From positions 1 to 52,830 of the forward strand of contig JAOBAU010000113.1 of assembly GCA_025463165.1 (NCBI GenBank): a DNA stretch of 52,830 nt, written 5' to 3'. Under the pieces are notes generated by a model, which saw only the letters and a program-made list of their open reading frames with translations, was not told the origin of the DNA and did no database searches. This DNA is from Acidobacteriota bacterium. GTDB lineage: Bacteria; Acidobacteriota; Thermoanaerobaculia; Gp7-AA8. Position numbers and translations under genes: made by a program. This document shows positions 44,237 through 52,830 of the stretch, one piece after another; the stretch's first letter is position 1; the number at the start of each line of letters is the position of its first letter.

Positions 44237-45226
44237 TCATCTCGCATCCGGAAACGAATTCACCCGATTCGCAATCGGCTTCACCGTCTTCAGATAGTCA
44301 TAGATCGCGCCGAGGTCGTTGTCGGTCATTTGCGCGAAGGCGAGCCAGGGCATGACGGTGTTGCGGCCTTTGGCGGCGACGGGAGGGTGGAGCGGATCGA
44401 TGCTTGCGAAGGCGCGGAAGCGGCCGATGAACTCTGCTTTTGTGGCGCGGCCGAGGTAGTTGTCGGGATGCGGGGTGAGGTTCGCGGTTAGGACGCGGCC
44501 CCAGGGTCCGCGCATTTCCCAGCCGCCGGAGAACGGCTTGTCGGCGATGAGGCCGTTCTTGTCGTCGTGCGGCGTGTGGCATTCGTAGCAGCCGGCGATC
44601 GTCGTCAGGTACTTGCCGTACTTCAGCGAGTCGTGCGGATCGGGCGCGCTGACCGGACCATCGAGCGGTTGCGGCGCGAATTTCACGAAGAGGTTGACCG
44701 GGAAGTCGATCCGCTTGGCGACGACCTGATTGCGCACCGGCTTGAGCGTGCGCAGATAGACGACGATCGACTTTGCGTCTTCGTCGCCGAGGTTGCGCAG
44801 ATGCGTGTACGGCATCATCGGAAAGAGCGCGTCGCCGTTGCGATCGACGCCTTCGCGAATGGCGCGCAGGATCTCGCCGTCCGTCCATTTGCCGAGGCCT
44901 GTTTCGGGATCGGAGGTGATGTTTTGCGCGGCCACGACGCCGGGAAATCCGAGTTTCTTGTCGAAGACAAATCCGCCCTGTCCCTCGGCGCCCGGCTTGA
45001 CCGGAAAGGCGAAGCCGTCGATGTGATCGGAATGGCAGCCGAGGCAATCGGAGACGTGATTGACCAGATAGCTGCCGCGCGCGAGCCGCGCCGGAGTTGA
45101 TTCGATCTTCTCCGCCGACGCCGGGCGCTGCGCCGGTTTCCGCATCGAGAGATACGAGACGCCGCCGAGGACGAGGGCGAGCACGACGAGCACAACTCCG
45201 CCGACGATCTTCAAAAAAGTCTTCAT
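44237..45226 (-). CDS. Membrane-anchored dihaem cytochrome c
   Basis: N-terminal TM from MKTFLK; CLGCH and CYECH; NITSDPETGLGKWTD, MMPY, MPW. Confidence 0.9.
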   Translation of the reverse strand: MKTFLKIVGGVVLVVLALVLGGVSYLSMRKPAQRPASAEKIESTPARLARGSYLVNHVSDCLGCHSDHIDGFAFPVKPGAEGQGGFVFDKKLGFPGVVAAQNITSDPETGLGKWTDGEILRAIREGVDRNGDALFPMMPYTHLRNLGDEDAKSIVVYLRTLKPVRNQVVAKRIDFPVNLFVKFAPQPLDGPVSAPDPHDSLKYGKYLTTIAGCYECHTPHDDKNGLIADKPFSGGWEMRGPWGRVLTANLTPHPDNYLGRATKAEFIGRFRAFASIDPLHPPVAAKGRNTVMPWLAFAQMTDNDLGAIYDYLKTVKPIANRVNSFPDAR

Positions 45227-45269
45227 TTGTGTGACTCCTGGATTTCCGGACGAGCGATATTCTACCGCC

Positions 45270-46760
45270 ATGCTTCTTGCGCCGATTCTTCTTGCCGCCG
45301 CCGCGTCCGTCGCCGTGCAGCACTACGAGATGTTTGAATCGAAACAGCTCGTGCCGATGCTCACCGAGGTGCTGAAATTTCGAACGTACGCACACAACGA
45401 TGAAGCGCGCGACGCGCAGCAGCAGTGGGTGATGAAAACCGCGCAGACGCTCGGACTGGAAGCGCGCGACGCGGGCAAAGTCGTCGAGATCGAGCTCCCC
45501 GCGACCGTCGCCGATGCGCCGGTGCTCGGCCTCGTCGTACACGGCGACGTGCAGCCTGTCGAAGAAGAAGCGTGGTCGTTCCCGCCGTTCGCGGGACGCG
45601 TCGACAAAGGTTACGTGTACGGACGCGGCGCCGCCGACGACAAGGGACCGCTCGTCCAGGCGTTGCTCGCGATGCACGTCATCAAAGAGAGCGGACCGAA
45701 AGTGCGCACGCACACGATTCGGCTGCTCGTCGGCAGCGATGAAGAATCCGACAACACCGACATCGCCGAGTATCTGAAGGCGCACAAAGCTCCCGACTAT
45801 TCGCTCGTGCTCGACTCCGCGTTTCCGGTCGTCGCGGGTGAGAAAGCGTGGCAGGCGCTGACGGTGACGACGTCGCTCGCGCCGCGCGCCGGCGTCGCGA
45901 AACCATACGAGGTCGTGGCGCTCACCGCCGGACTCGCGACGAGCATCGTTCCCGATCATGCGGAAATCACGCTGCGCTGGCTCGATGGCGTGCCGCAATG
46001 GGACGCGCTGCTGCAGTCGCTCGGCAAGCTCCCGGCCGGCACGCGCATTACGCACGGCGAAGAGGGCAATCAGCTGCGAATCGTCGCGTACGGGAAGTCG
46101 GCGCACGCCGGTGTGAACATCACCGGCGGCCGCAATGCGCTCGTCGCACTGGCGCGCGCGCTCGATGGAAAGCTTCCCTCCGGCGGCGCGAACGATCTCC
46201 TCTCCTTCGCCCGCCTCGCCGGACGCGATCTAACCGGTACAGGCCTCGGCATCACCGATTCCGATCCGCTCTGGGGTCACTACGACGTCAACGTTGCGAC
46301 GATCAAAACGGACGCGAATGATCCCAAGAAAACGACGCTGACGATCAACATCCGTCGCGTGCCGCCGCGTACCGGCGAGCAGCTCGAGCTGAAACTGCGC
46401 CGCTTCGTGACCGCGTTCAACACGCGCACGGGCGCCGGACTGACGTTCGGCGGATTCTTCGCCGATGAGCCGCTCGTCTTCGATCCGAAAGGCAAACTCG
46501 TGCGGCGACTGCTCGCGAATTACGGAGCCGCGACCGGCACGAAGTCACCGAAGCCGGCCATCTCCGGCGGCGGAACGTACGCGAAGCGACTGCCGAACGC
46601 GATCGCCTTCGGGATGTGGTTTCCCGGCAAGCCGTACCCGGGACACGACGTTGACGAGCGGATCACGATCGCCGATCTGCATCGCGGCGCACACGTGTTG
46701 ATTCGGACGCTGGAAGACATCGTCGGGAACCCGCGGATCGTCGAGCCGTTCAAGCCGTAG
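45270..46760 (+). CDS. M20 dipeptidase (PepV/Sapep-like) with signal peptide
   Basis: HGDVQP, GRGAADDKGP, SDEES, GKSAH, GGGTYAK, GHDVDE. Confidence 0.9.
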   Translation: MLLAPILLAAAASVAVQHYEMFESKQLVPMLTEVLKFRTYAHNDEARDAQQQWVMKTAQTLGLEARDAGKVVEIELPATVADAPVLGLVVHGDVQPVEEEAWSFPPFAGRVDKGYVYGRGAADDKGPLVQALLAMHVIKESGPKVRTHTIRLLVGSDEESDNTDIAEYLKAHKAPDYSLVLDSAFPVVAGEKAWQALTVTTSLAPRAGVAKPYEVVALTAGLATSIVPDHAEITLRWLDGVPQWDALLQSLGKLPAGTRITHGEEGNQLRIVAYGKSAHAGVNITGGRNALVALARALDGKLPSGGANDLLSFARLAGRDLTGTGLGITDSDPLWGHYDVNVATIKTDANDPKKTTLTINIRRVPPRTGEQLELKLRRFVTAFNTRTGAGLTFGGFFADEPLVFDPKGKLVRRLLANYGAATGTKSPKPAISGGGTYAKRLPNAIAFGMWFPGKPYPGHDVDERITIADLHRGAHVLIRTLEDIVGNPRIVEPFKP

Positions 46761-46762
46761 CG

Positions 46763-48304
46763 TCAGCGCCGCACGAGCTCATAGATCTCCGACGCGCCGA
46801 AATCGGCCACGCGTTGCACGCGATAGCGCGGCACGTCGACGTGCAACTCGCGCGCGGTCTTCACGAACGTCTGGCCGATGTCGAGATTGGTGACGAGGAA
46901 GAGCCGCTGCGCGTTGACCTTCGGCCGCGTCGCGTCGATCGGAATTCCTGCGCGCTGCAGATAGAACGTGAGCGGCACATCCGATGGCGTGAGAGCGACG
47001 ACTTCGTCGCCGGGCTGCAGCCGCCGCTGCAACTCGTCGGCGATGAGCGGTCCGGTGCGCAGGTTCCCGGTCTCGCGCGGATGCGGACCGTAAGTAATGT
47101 CGTGCGCGAGTAGCGCGACGAGCGCAATGGCGACGATCCGCTCGACGTGAATCTGCATCGCAATCGCGGCGATGGTGATGAAGAAGAACGGTAAAAACGC
47201 GAACCAGATCCGCGATGGCGGCACGTAGCGCTCGGCGAACGTGAAGGCGAGCACGGCGAGAAAGCCGAGCCAGATCGGATAGCGAAACGACGACAGCCGG
47301 CGATGGAACACGAGCGCGGCGAGGAAGGCGAGTGCGGCCGCGAACTGCAGCGCGCGCGGGAAGCCGACCATGAGCCGGATCACGATCGCGTGCGACATGA
47401 AAGGCACGTCGTGGAGAAAATGGTCGAGCGTCGACGGCGCGTTGTAACCGTTCGTCGCGATCGACGTCGGACCGCTGATGACGAGCACCGGGTAGTACGC
47501 GAGCATCGTGAACGCGCCTGCGAGGAGACAGGCGATGACGATCGCAATCCATCGCGACGGCCGCTCGACGATCGCCCACGCCACGATGAAAAGGAACAGG
47601 GTGATCATCACCAGCACCGACGCGAAGCCCAGAGCGACGGCGATCGCGAAGAGCAGCGCGACTATGCTGTTGCCGGTGCGGAGCAATGTCGCCATCGCCA
47701 TCGCGGCGATCAGCGCGAACGCGGCCATCATCGCGTAGCCGCGGCCGTCGGTCGAATAGGCGACGATGACCGGCGACGTCGCGACGAGTCCGGCCGCGAT
47801 CAGCGCGCCGCGCCGATAGAAGACGCGTGACGTTGCGTACGCCAGCGGAATCAGCGCCAGGCCGGCAATGAATGCGGGAAGGCGCAGCGCCCATTCGCGC
47901 GGTCCGAAGATCGCGCCGGAGATGTGCATCAGCAGCGTGTTGAGCAGGTGATTGTTCGGCGAGCTCCAGATCGTCACGCCGACGATGAGCGGCTTCGACG
48001 CGTAGTAAAGCCACGATGACGCTTCATCGGTGCCGATCGGATTGTTGAGCTCGCGGACTCGCAGCCAGATGCCGATGACGAAGAAGATGACGAGCAGCGC
48101 GACGTCGAGCGGCGCCGTGTCGCGCGCTGCGGCGGCGATGCGATTCCAGAGCAGCGGCGCGTCGTTGCGCAGTTGCGCGCGCAGCGCTGCAACGTGTTGC
48201 GGGCGGAGTCGCGAGACGAGCGCATATGCGAGCGCGAGCACGACGACGAGGACGATCGTCGCGACGGAAAGCAGCGACACGATCGTCGATTCGAGCTCCG
48301 GCAC
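46763..48304 (-). CDS. GT-C fold glycosyltransferase (family 39/83-like)
   Basis: TM then DE motif (IGTDEA), NNHLL, EWALRLP, YSTDGRGY; GTG 48304 with TACAAT 6 nt upstream. Confidence 0.82.
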   Translation of the reverse strand: MPELESTIVSLLSVATIVLVVVLALAYALVSRLRPQHVAALRAQLRNDAPLLWNRIAAAARDTAPLDVALLVIFFVIGIWLRVRELNNPIGTDEASSWLYYASKPLIVGVTIWSSPNNHLLNTLLMHISGAIFGPREWALRLPAFIAGLALIPLAYATSRVFYRRGALIAAGLVATSPVIVAYSTDGRGYAMMAAFALIAAMAMATLLRTGNSIVALLFAIAVALGFASVLVMITLFLFIVAWAIVERPSRWIAIVIACLLAGAFTMLAYYPVLVISGPTSIATNGYNAPSTLDHFLHDVPFMSHAIVIRLMVGFPRALQFAAALAFLAALVFHRRLSSFRYPIWLGFLAVLAFTFAERYVPPSRIWFAFLPFFFITIAAIAMQIHVERIVAIALVALLAHDITYGPHPRETGNLRTGPLIADELQRRLQPGDEVVALTPSDVPLTFYLQRAGIPIDATRPKVNAQRLFLVTNLDIGQTFVKTARELHVDVPRYRVQRVADFGASEIYELVRR

Positions 48305-48326
48305 CGCTCGATTGTAGGATGCCGCC

Positions 48327-48776
48327 ATGCGACTCGCTGAACGATTGCTGCGTGATCTTCGCTCCACATTCGACGGCAACGCGTGGCACGGCACGCCGGT
48401 CCGTCGTCTGCTCGACGACGTGGACGACGCGCGCGCGAACGCGCATCCGATCGACGGCGCGCGCTCGATCGCGGAGCTGCTCGCGCATCTCAGCTCGTGG
48501 ATCGGCATCGTCGATCGACGGCTGCACGATGAGCTGTTCGAGGTCACGTTGGAGGAAGATTTTCCGGGCGTCGACGGCGTCGCGTTCAGCGAGCTGATCG
48601 AACAGCTCGAGCGCAGACACGCGGTCCTTTGTGCAACCGTCGAAGCGATGGACGATGCGGAGCTCGACCGCAAAGTTCCCGACGGCCGCTACACGAAAGA
48701 CTTCATGCTGCGCGGGCTCATCCATCACACGACGTATCACGCGGCGCAGATCGCGATGCTGAAGAAATTCGGATGA
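48327..48776 (+). CDS. DinB-family protein
   Basis: AWHG, SIAELLAHL, HHTTYHAAQI. Confidence 0.88.
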   Translation: MRLAERLLRDLRSTFDGNAWHGTPVRRLLDDVDDARANAHPIDGARSIAELLAHLSSWIGIVDRRLHDELFEVTLEEDFPGVDGVAFSELIEQLERRHAVLCATVEAMDDAELDRKVPDGRYTKDFMLRGLIHHTTYHAAQIAMLKKFG

Positions 48777-49627
48777 GCGAGCTCGCGACGCTCATTCAGC
48801 GCGCGCGGCGTCTGGTCGTGCTCACCGGCGCCGGCTGCAGCACGGAATCCGGCATTCCCGATTACCGCAGTCCCGGCGGCGCGTGGACGCGGCACAAGCC
48901 GATCTACTACAGCGCGTTCGTGCGCAGCGAAGAGGTGCGCCGCTTCTACTGGGCGCGCAGCTTTCGCGGCTGGACGCGGTTCTCCGCGGCGCGTCCGAAC
49001 GCCGCGCACTACGCGCTCGCGGAGCTCGAGAATCGCGGCACGGTGCGGCAGCTGATCACACAGAACGTCGACGATCTGCATCAGGAAGCGGGCAGCCGCG
49101 CGGTGATTCAGCTGCACGGCCGCAATCGGCTGGTCGTCTGTCTCGACTGCCGCAACGAATCGCCGCGCGAAGAGATGCAGTCGCGGCTTGCGGAGTTGAA
49201 CGCGGAATGGATCGCGCGAACTGAGTGGGATGGACTGCACGCCGATGAAGCGGACTTCGCGCCGGATGGCGACGCCGAGCTGGCGCGCGATCGCGTTGCC
49301 GGATTCGAAGTTCCGGCGTGCGAGCGTTGCGGCGGCGTGCTGAAACCGGCGGTCGTGTTCTTTGGCGAAACCGTTCCGCCGCAGAAAGTCATCGACGCGA
49401 TGAGCGCCGTCGATGACGCCGACGCGCTGCTCGTGGCCGGCTCATCGCTCACCGTCTGGTCGGGCTTTCGTTTCGTGAAGCGTGCCTCCGATCGCGGTTT
49501 GCCGATCGCGATCGTCAACATCGGTCCGACGCGCGGCGACGACCTCGCATCGATACGCGTCGAGGAGAAAGTCGGCATCGCACTGCCGCGCGTTATCGCG
49601 GCGCTCGATGCAACTCGATCAGCGTGA
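48773..49627 (+). CDS. Sir2-family NAD-dependent deacylase, class II (SIRT4-like)
   Basis: TGAGCSTESGIPDYRS, TQNVD, LHG, CLDC/CERC, APDGDA, KPAVVFFGE, GSSL; ATG 48773 overlaps DinB stop. Confidence 0.93.
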   Translation: MSELATLIQRARRLVVLTGAGCSTESGIPDYRSPGGAWTRHKPIYYSAFVRSEEVRRFYWARSFRGWTRFSAARPNAAHYALAELENRGTVRQLITQNVDDLHQEAGSRAVIQLHGRNRLVVCLDCRNESPREEMQSRLAELNAEWIARTEWDGLHADEADFAPDGDAELARDRVAGFEVPACERCGGVLKPAVVFFGETVPPQKVIDAMSAVDDADALLVAGSSLTVWSGFRFVKRASDRGLPIAIVNIGPTRGDDLASIRVEEKVGIALPRVIAALDATRSA

Positions 49628-50717
49628 TCTCCGGCGTCATGCCGAGACGGAAGGGGAGCAGCCAGTAACCGGTGCCGGTGTTGACGTAGAGCTGCGAATC
49701 GCCGCGTTCGTAGAGTCCCATATGGAACGGGAGAAACACTCCGGCGAGCGACCAGCGCAGCGGACGAAATCCGAACTGTCCGCCGTGCGTGTGCGCGCAA
49801 AGTGTGAGCGGCAGATGGCGTTCGCGCGCGTCGGCGAAGCCTTTCGGCTGATGCGCGATGACGATCGGGAACGCATTCGGCGGACGACGGGCAAGCGCGG
49901 CGTTCAGATCAGGAGCGAGTGCACGTGTGCCGGCGTAGTCGGACACGCCGGCGAACCAGACGCCGCGCATGTCCGCACCTTCATTCACGAGCAGGCGGAT
50001 GCGCGAGTTGCGCAGTGCGGCGATGACGCCGTATGGATCGCCGTACATCTCGTGGTTGCCGAGGACCGCGACGAGCGGACGTGACGGCGAGAGTGATTGC
50101 GTGCCGGCGAGCAGCTTCGGGACGAAGTACGGATCGTCGTCAACGAGATCGCCGGCGATGACGACCGCGTCAGCGTTCAGTGATTCCGTCGTGGCGAAGA
50201 TTTTGGTCAGCCGCGATGAACGCGTGAAGAGACCGACGTGCAGATCGCCGAGCAGGGCGATGCGAAAGCCGTCGAGGTGCGGCGGCAACGTGTTGATGAC
50301 GATCGGTACGCGCTCCACGCGCAGCGGAACGAGCGCCTGATACATCCCGACCAGGCCGCCGGCGATGACGATGGTGATGAAGACGCGCGACGGCCAGCGC
50401 GCGAACTCTGCAAACGGATGGCGGCGCGCGAACAAAAGCCAGATGAAAAGAGTTGCCGCGATCACGAACGAATAGAGAATCGCAAACACAGTCCACGCAA
50501 ACCACGGCGGACCGAGCGTCGCGCGCAGGAACCGCGAGAGATCGGTCCGCGCATTCAGGATCGGGAGGCAGAGCCACATCAGATTGCAGCCGATGGCGAC
50601 CGCGAGAATCAGCCGCTTTCGCCGCGGATGAATGCGCAGCAACTGGCGCACGGAGAGAACGTTGAAAGCGAGGAAGATGGCCGCGACGAGCGCGACGATG
50701 AGCGCGATCCGGAGCAT
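49593..50717 (-). CDS. Membrane-anchored metallophosphoesterase (YkuE-like)
   Basis: DLH, GDLVD, GNHE, AHQP, HTHGGQ; start 50717 or 50729. Confidence 0.9.
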   Translation of the reverse strand: MLRIALIVALVAAIFLAFNVLSVRQLLRIHPRRKRLILAVAIGCNLMWLCLPILNARTDLSRFLRATLGPPWFAWTVFAILYSFVIAATLFIWLLFARRHPFAEFARWPSRVFITIVIAGGLVGMYQALVPLRVERVPIVINTLPPHLDGFRIALLGDLHVGLFTRSSRLTKIFATTESLNADAVVIAGDLVDDDPYFVPKLLAGTQSLSPSRPLVAVLGNHEMYGDPYGVIAALRNSRIRLLVNEGADMRGVWFAGVSDYAGTRALAPDLNAALARRPPNAFPIVIAHQPKGFADARERHLPLTLCAHTHGGQFGFRPLRWSLAGVFLPFHMGLYERGDSQLYVNTGTGYWLLPFRLGMTPEITLIELHRAPR

Positions 50718-50744
50718 GAAAGGCGGCATGATACATTCGCCGCG

Positions 50745-51128
50745 GTGGCGCATTTCGACATCCCGCTCGACCTGCCGCACGCCAGCCGGCTCGCCGATCG
50801 GATTCTGAATCTCATCGAGCGGCACACCGAGGAGCTGGGCGTCGAGGTGCCCGAGGCGATCGATTGTGCGGAGCGGCTGACGAGCCTTCTCTTCCGTTTC
50901 GGCGATGAGGAAATGACGCCGACGAACTCCGAGTCGCTGCAGGCTCGCGATGAAGCGGCGGTGCTCGGCCGCGAGCTCGTCACGTACCTCGAGGCATCAC
51001 CGATCAAAAGCGATCGCCTCGGCCAATACGTCAGGAACCTCTTCGAATGCCTGGAGCTCGGCGCGGAAGGGGCGGAAATCTCGCTGCGCGCCGGAGAGAA
51101 TCCGCACTCGCTGCAGCGGCCGATCTAG
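50745..51128 (+). CDS. Hypothetical helical protein
   Basis: C-terminal part of ORF 50238..51128 from GTG 50745; TACATT 7 nt upstream. Confidence 0.65.
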   Translation: MAHFDIPLDLPHASRLADRILNLIERHTEELGVEVPEAIDCAERLTSLLFRFGDEEMTPTNSESLQARDEAAVLGRELVTYLEASPIKSDRLGQYVRNLFECLELGAEGAEISLRAGENPHSLQRPI

Positions 51129-51352
51129 TCGAACGCCAGGACGATTTCCTGCGTGTCGAACTCGCGCACTTTGACCACTTCGCGCTGCATCAGCTGCTGC
51201 TTCAGGAAGCGGTGCAGCACGACCTGCTCGCGGAGCTCGTCGAGCTGTGCCTGCGTCGCCGGCTGGTCGTTGTCGAATACGCTGTGGCGGCGGATGCCGG
51301 CTTCCAGCCGATCAACCTGCACACGCAGCCAGTCTGTGTATCGCATTCTCAT
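51125..51352 (-). CDS. Small hypothetical coiled-coil protein
   Basis: Fills the gap between genes, 4-bp stop overlap; no family recognised. Confidence 0.55.
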   Translation of the reverse strand: MRMRYTDWLRVQVDRLEAGIRRHSVFDNDQPATQAQLDELREQVVLHRFLKQQLMQREVVKVREFDTQEIVLAFD

Positions 51353-51450
51353 GACGATGCATATCTTCGGTTCGGCGCGCGGAAAGTTGCGTGAGCGCCG
51401 TCACGAATTCGTCGCCGTAACGAGTTCGCAACAGTCGTACGATATGGCGC

Positions 51451-52830
51451 ATGAAACGAACGTCAATGTGTTGTCTTGTCGTCCTCGCGCTCGTCGCGAC
51501 CGTTGCCGGCGCCGAGCGTCTGCAGCTCGGCGATCGCGCGCGCGTCGTCAACGTCAGCGATCCGCAGCTCTCGCCTGACGCGCGCCAGCTCCTTTGCTCT
51601 GTCTCGCGTGTGAACCTCGCCGAGAACCGCCACGAGCCGCAGCTCGTCGTCATCGACGTCGCCAGCGGCGAGCAGCGTCCGCTGACGTCGGATCGTCGCG
51701 GTGTCGCGTCGGCACGCTGGTCGCCGGACGGTGCGCGGATCGCGTTCCTCGCCAATGCGACGAACGAGAAAGATGCGAAGCGGCAGCTCTGGGTAATGAC
51801 GATGATCGGCGGCGACGCACGCCGCATCACCGACGCGGCGAAAGGCGTGCAGCAGTTCGCCTGGAGTCCGGACGGCGCGACGATCGCGTTCGTCGCGGCC
51901 GATGACGTCGAGCGCGCCGACAAACACAACCTGTCGTTCGAAGTAGGAGACGACGACTTTCTGACGACCAGCGCGCCGACGCCGTCGCACATCTGGCTCG
52001 TCGCGTCCGACGGCGCGGGCAAAGCGCGGCGCCTGACGTCGGGCGCATGGAGCCTGCCGGTGGCGAAGCCGCCCGGACCGGTGCCGTCGCCGCTCTCGTG
52101 GTCGCCGGACGGAAGGTCGATCGCGTTCGTGCGGCTCGCCACGCCGCACACCGGCAACACCGACAGCGCGCATCTCGAGCTCGTCGACGTCGCCAGCGGC
52201 ACGACACGCCGCGTGACGCCGAGCGGCGAGCGTGAAAGCCATCCGCTCTTTTCGCCGGATGGAAGCAGCATCGCCTACCTGCACTCGCGCGACGATCAGC
52301 GGCTCAACGAAACATCGGTCTGGGTCGCACCGGCCGCCGGCGGCGCGGGACGCGAAGTGACGCACGACATCGATCGCAATCTCGTTCGCGCCATCTGGAT
52401 GCCGGACGGAAAATCGCTGCTCGTCGGCGCGCACGATGCGACGTCGACCGGCTACTGGCTGCAGCCGCTCGATGGCAGCTCCGCGCGCCGCCTCAACCTC
52501 GGCGACGTCGAGCCGTCGTGGTCGTTCTGGATCGATGCGTCGGTCGCGACGAACGGCACGATCGCCTTCACCGGCACGACGCCGTCGCGCCTGAAAGAAG
52601 CGTACGTGATGACGTCTGCGACTGCTGCGCCGAAGCAACTGACGAACGTGAACGAAAAGCTGTCATCGTTGCAGCTCGGCCGCTCCGAACGGATCACGTG
52701 GACGAACGAAGGCTTCGATGAAGACGGCGTCGTGACGTATCCACCCGACTTCGACGCGAAGAAAAAGTATCCGCTTGTCCTCTACATTCACGGCGGACCG
52801 CGCGCGTCGTCGACGACCGGCTGGTCGTTC
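51451..52830 (+). CDS. S9-family peptidase (partial, runs off window end)
   Basis: Not in ORF track. MKRTSMCCLVVLALVATVAGA signal peptide, WSPDG repeats, ends PPDFDAKKKYPLVLYIHGGP. Confidence 0.92.
   Translation, partial: MKRTSMCCLVVLALVATVAGAERLQLGDRARVVNVSDPQLSPDARQLLCSVSRVNLAENRHEPQLVVIDVASGEQRPLTSDRRGVASARWSPDGARIAFLANATNEKDAKRQLWVMTMIGGDARRITDAAKGVQQFAWSPDGATIAFVAADDVERADKHNLSFEVGDDDFLTTSAPTPSHIWLVASDGAGKARRLTSGAWSLPVAKPPGPVPSPLSWSPDGRSIAFVRLATPHTGNTDSAHLELVDVASGTTRRVTPSGERESHPLFSPDGSSIAYLHSRDDQRLNETSVWVAPAAGGAGREVTHDIDRNLVRAIWMPDGKSLLVGAHDATSTGYWLQPLDGSSARRLNLGDVEPSWSFWIDASVATNGTIAFTGTTPSRLKEAYVMTSATAAPKQLTNVNEKLSSLQLGRSERITWTNEGFDEDGVVTYPPDFDAKKKYPLVLYIHGGPRASSTTGWSF

Noticed and set aside
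48773-49627. Sir2-based anti-phage system
   Set aside because: It is a canonical zinc-binding class II sirtuin without defence partner genes.
17-52721. Numerous long antisense or alternate-frame ORFs (e.g. 17..1018, 11197..13479, 28216..29670, 32835..34415, 44298..46106)
   Set aside because: These are shadow ORFs of real genes, expected at high GC, with Arg-rich or otherwise atypical composition and no motifs.

Overview
A high-GC (roughly two-thirds G+C by eye), gene-dense bacterial chromosomal segment. Gene content suggests Acidobacteriota, possibly Thermoanaerobaculia; this is inference. No rRNA, tRNA, CRISPR array, transposase or prophage was recognised. The left 11 kb holds a split respiratory complex I locus: nuoG-H-J-K-[DUF6335-like]-L on the minus strand and nuoA-E-F on the plus strand. 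Exactly the four quinone-module genes nuoB/C/D/I are missing, NuoH carries an extra transmembrane hairpin, and a Rex/CRP-like box precedes nuoG. The rest encodes a sigma-70 factor with a tandemly duplicated region 4 between two paralogous secreted beta-helix proteins, a heterodimeric ABC exporter, comM, a FadL/SGNH pair, gatB, a GAF-GGDEF cyclase, several exported peptidases, an ABC-permease/M1-peptidase fusion, cytochromes c, a sirtuin and small hypotheticals. Seven intergenic palindromes built from TGAG-N3 heptamer arrays recur, and one sits between the Shine-Dalgarno and the AUG of nuoL. Many genes appear leaderless, and three divergent pairs share overlapping -10 hexamers. All product calls come from motif recognition by eye; no searches were run.
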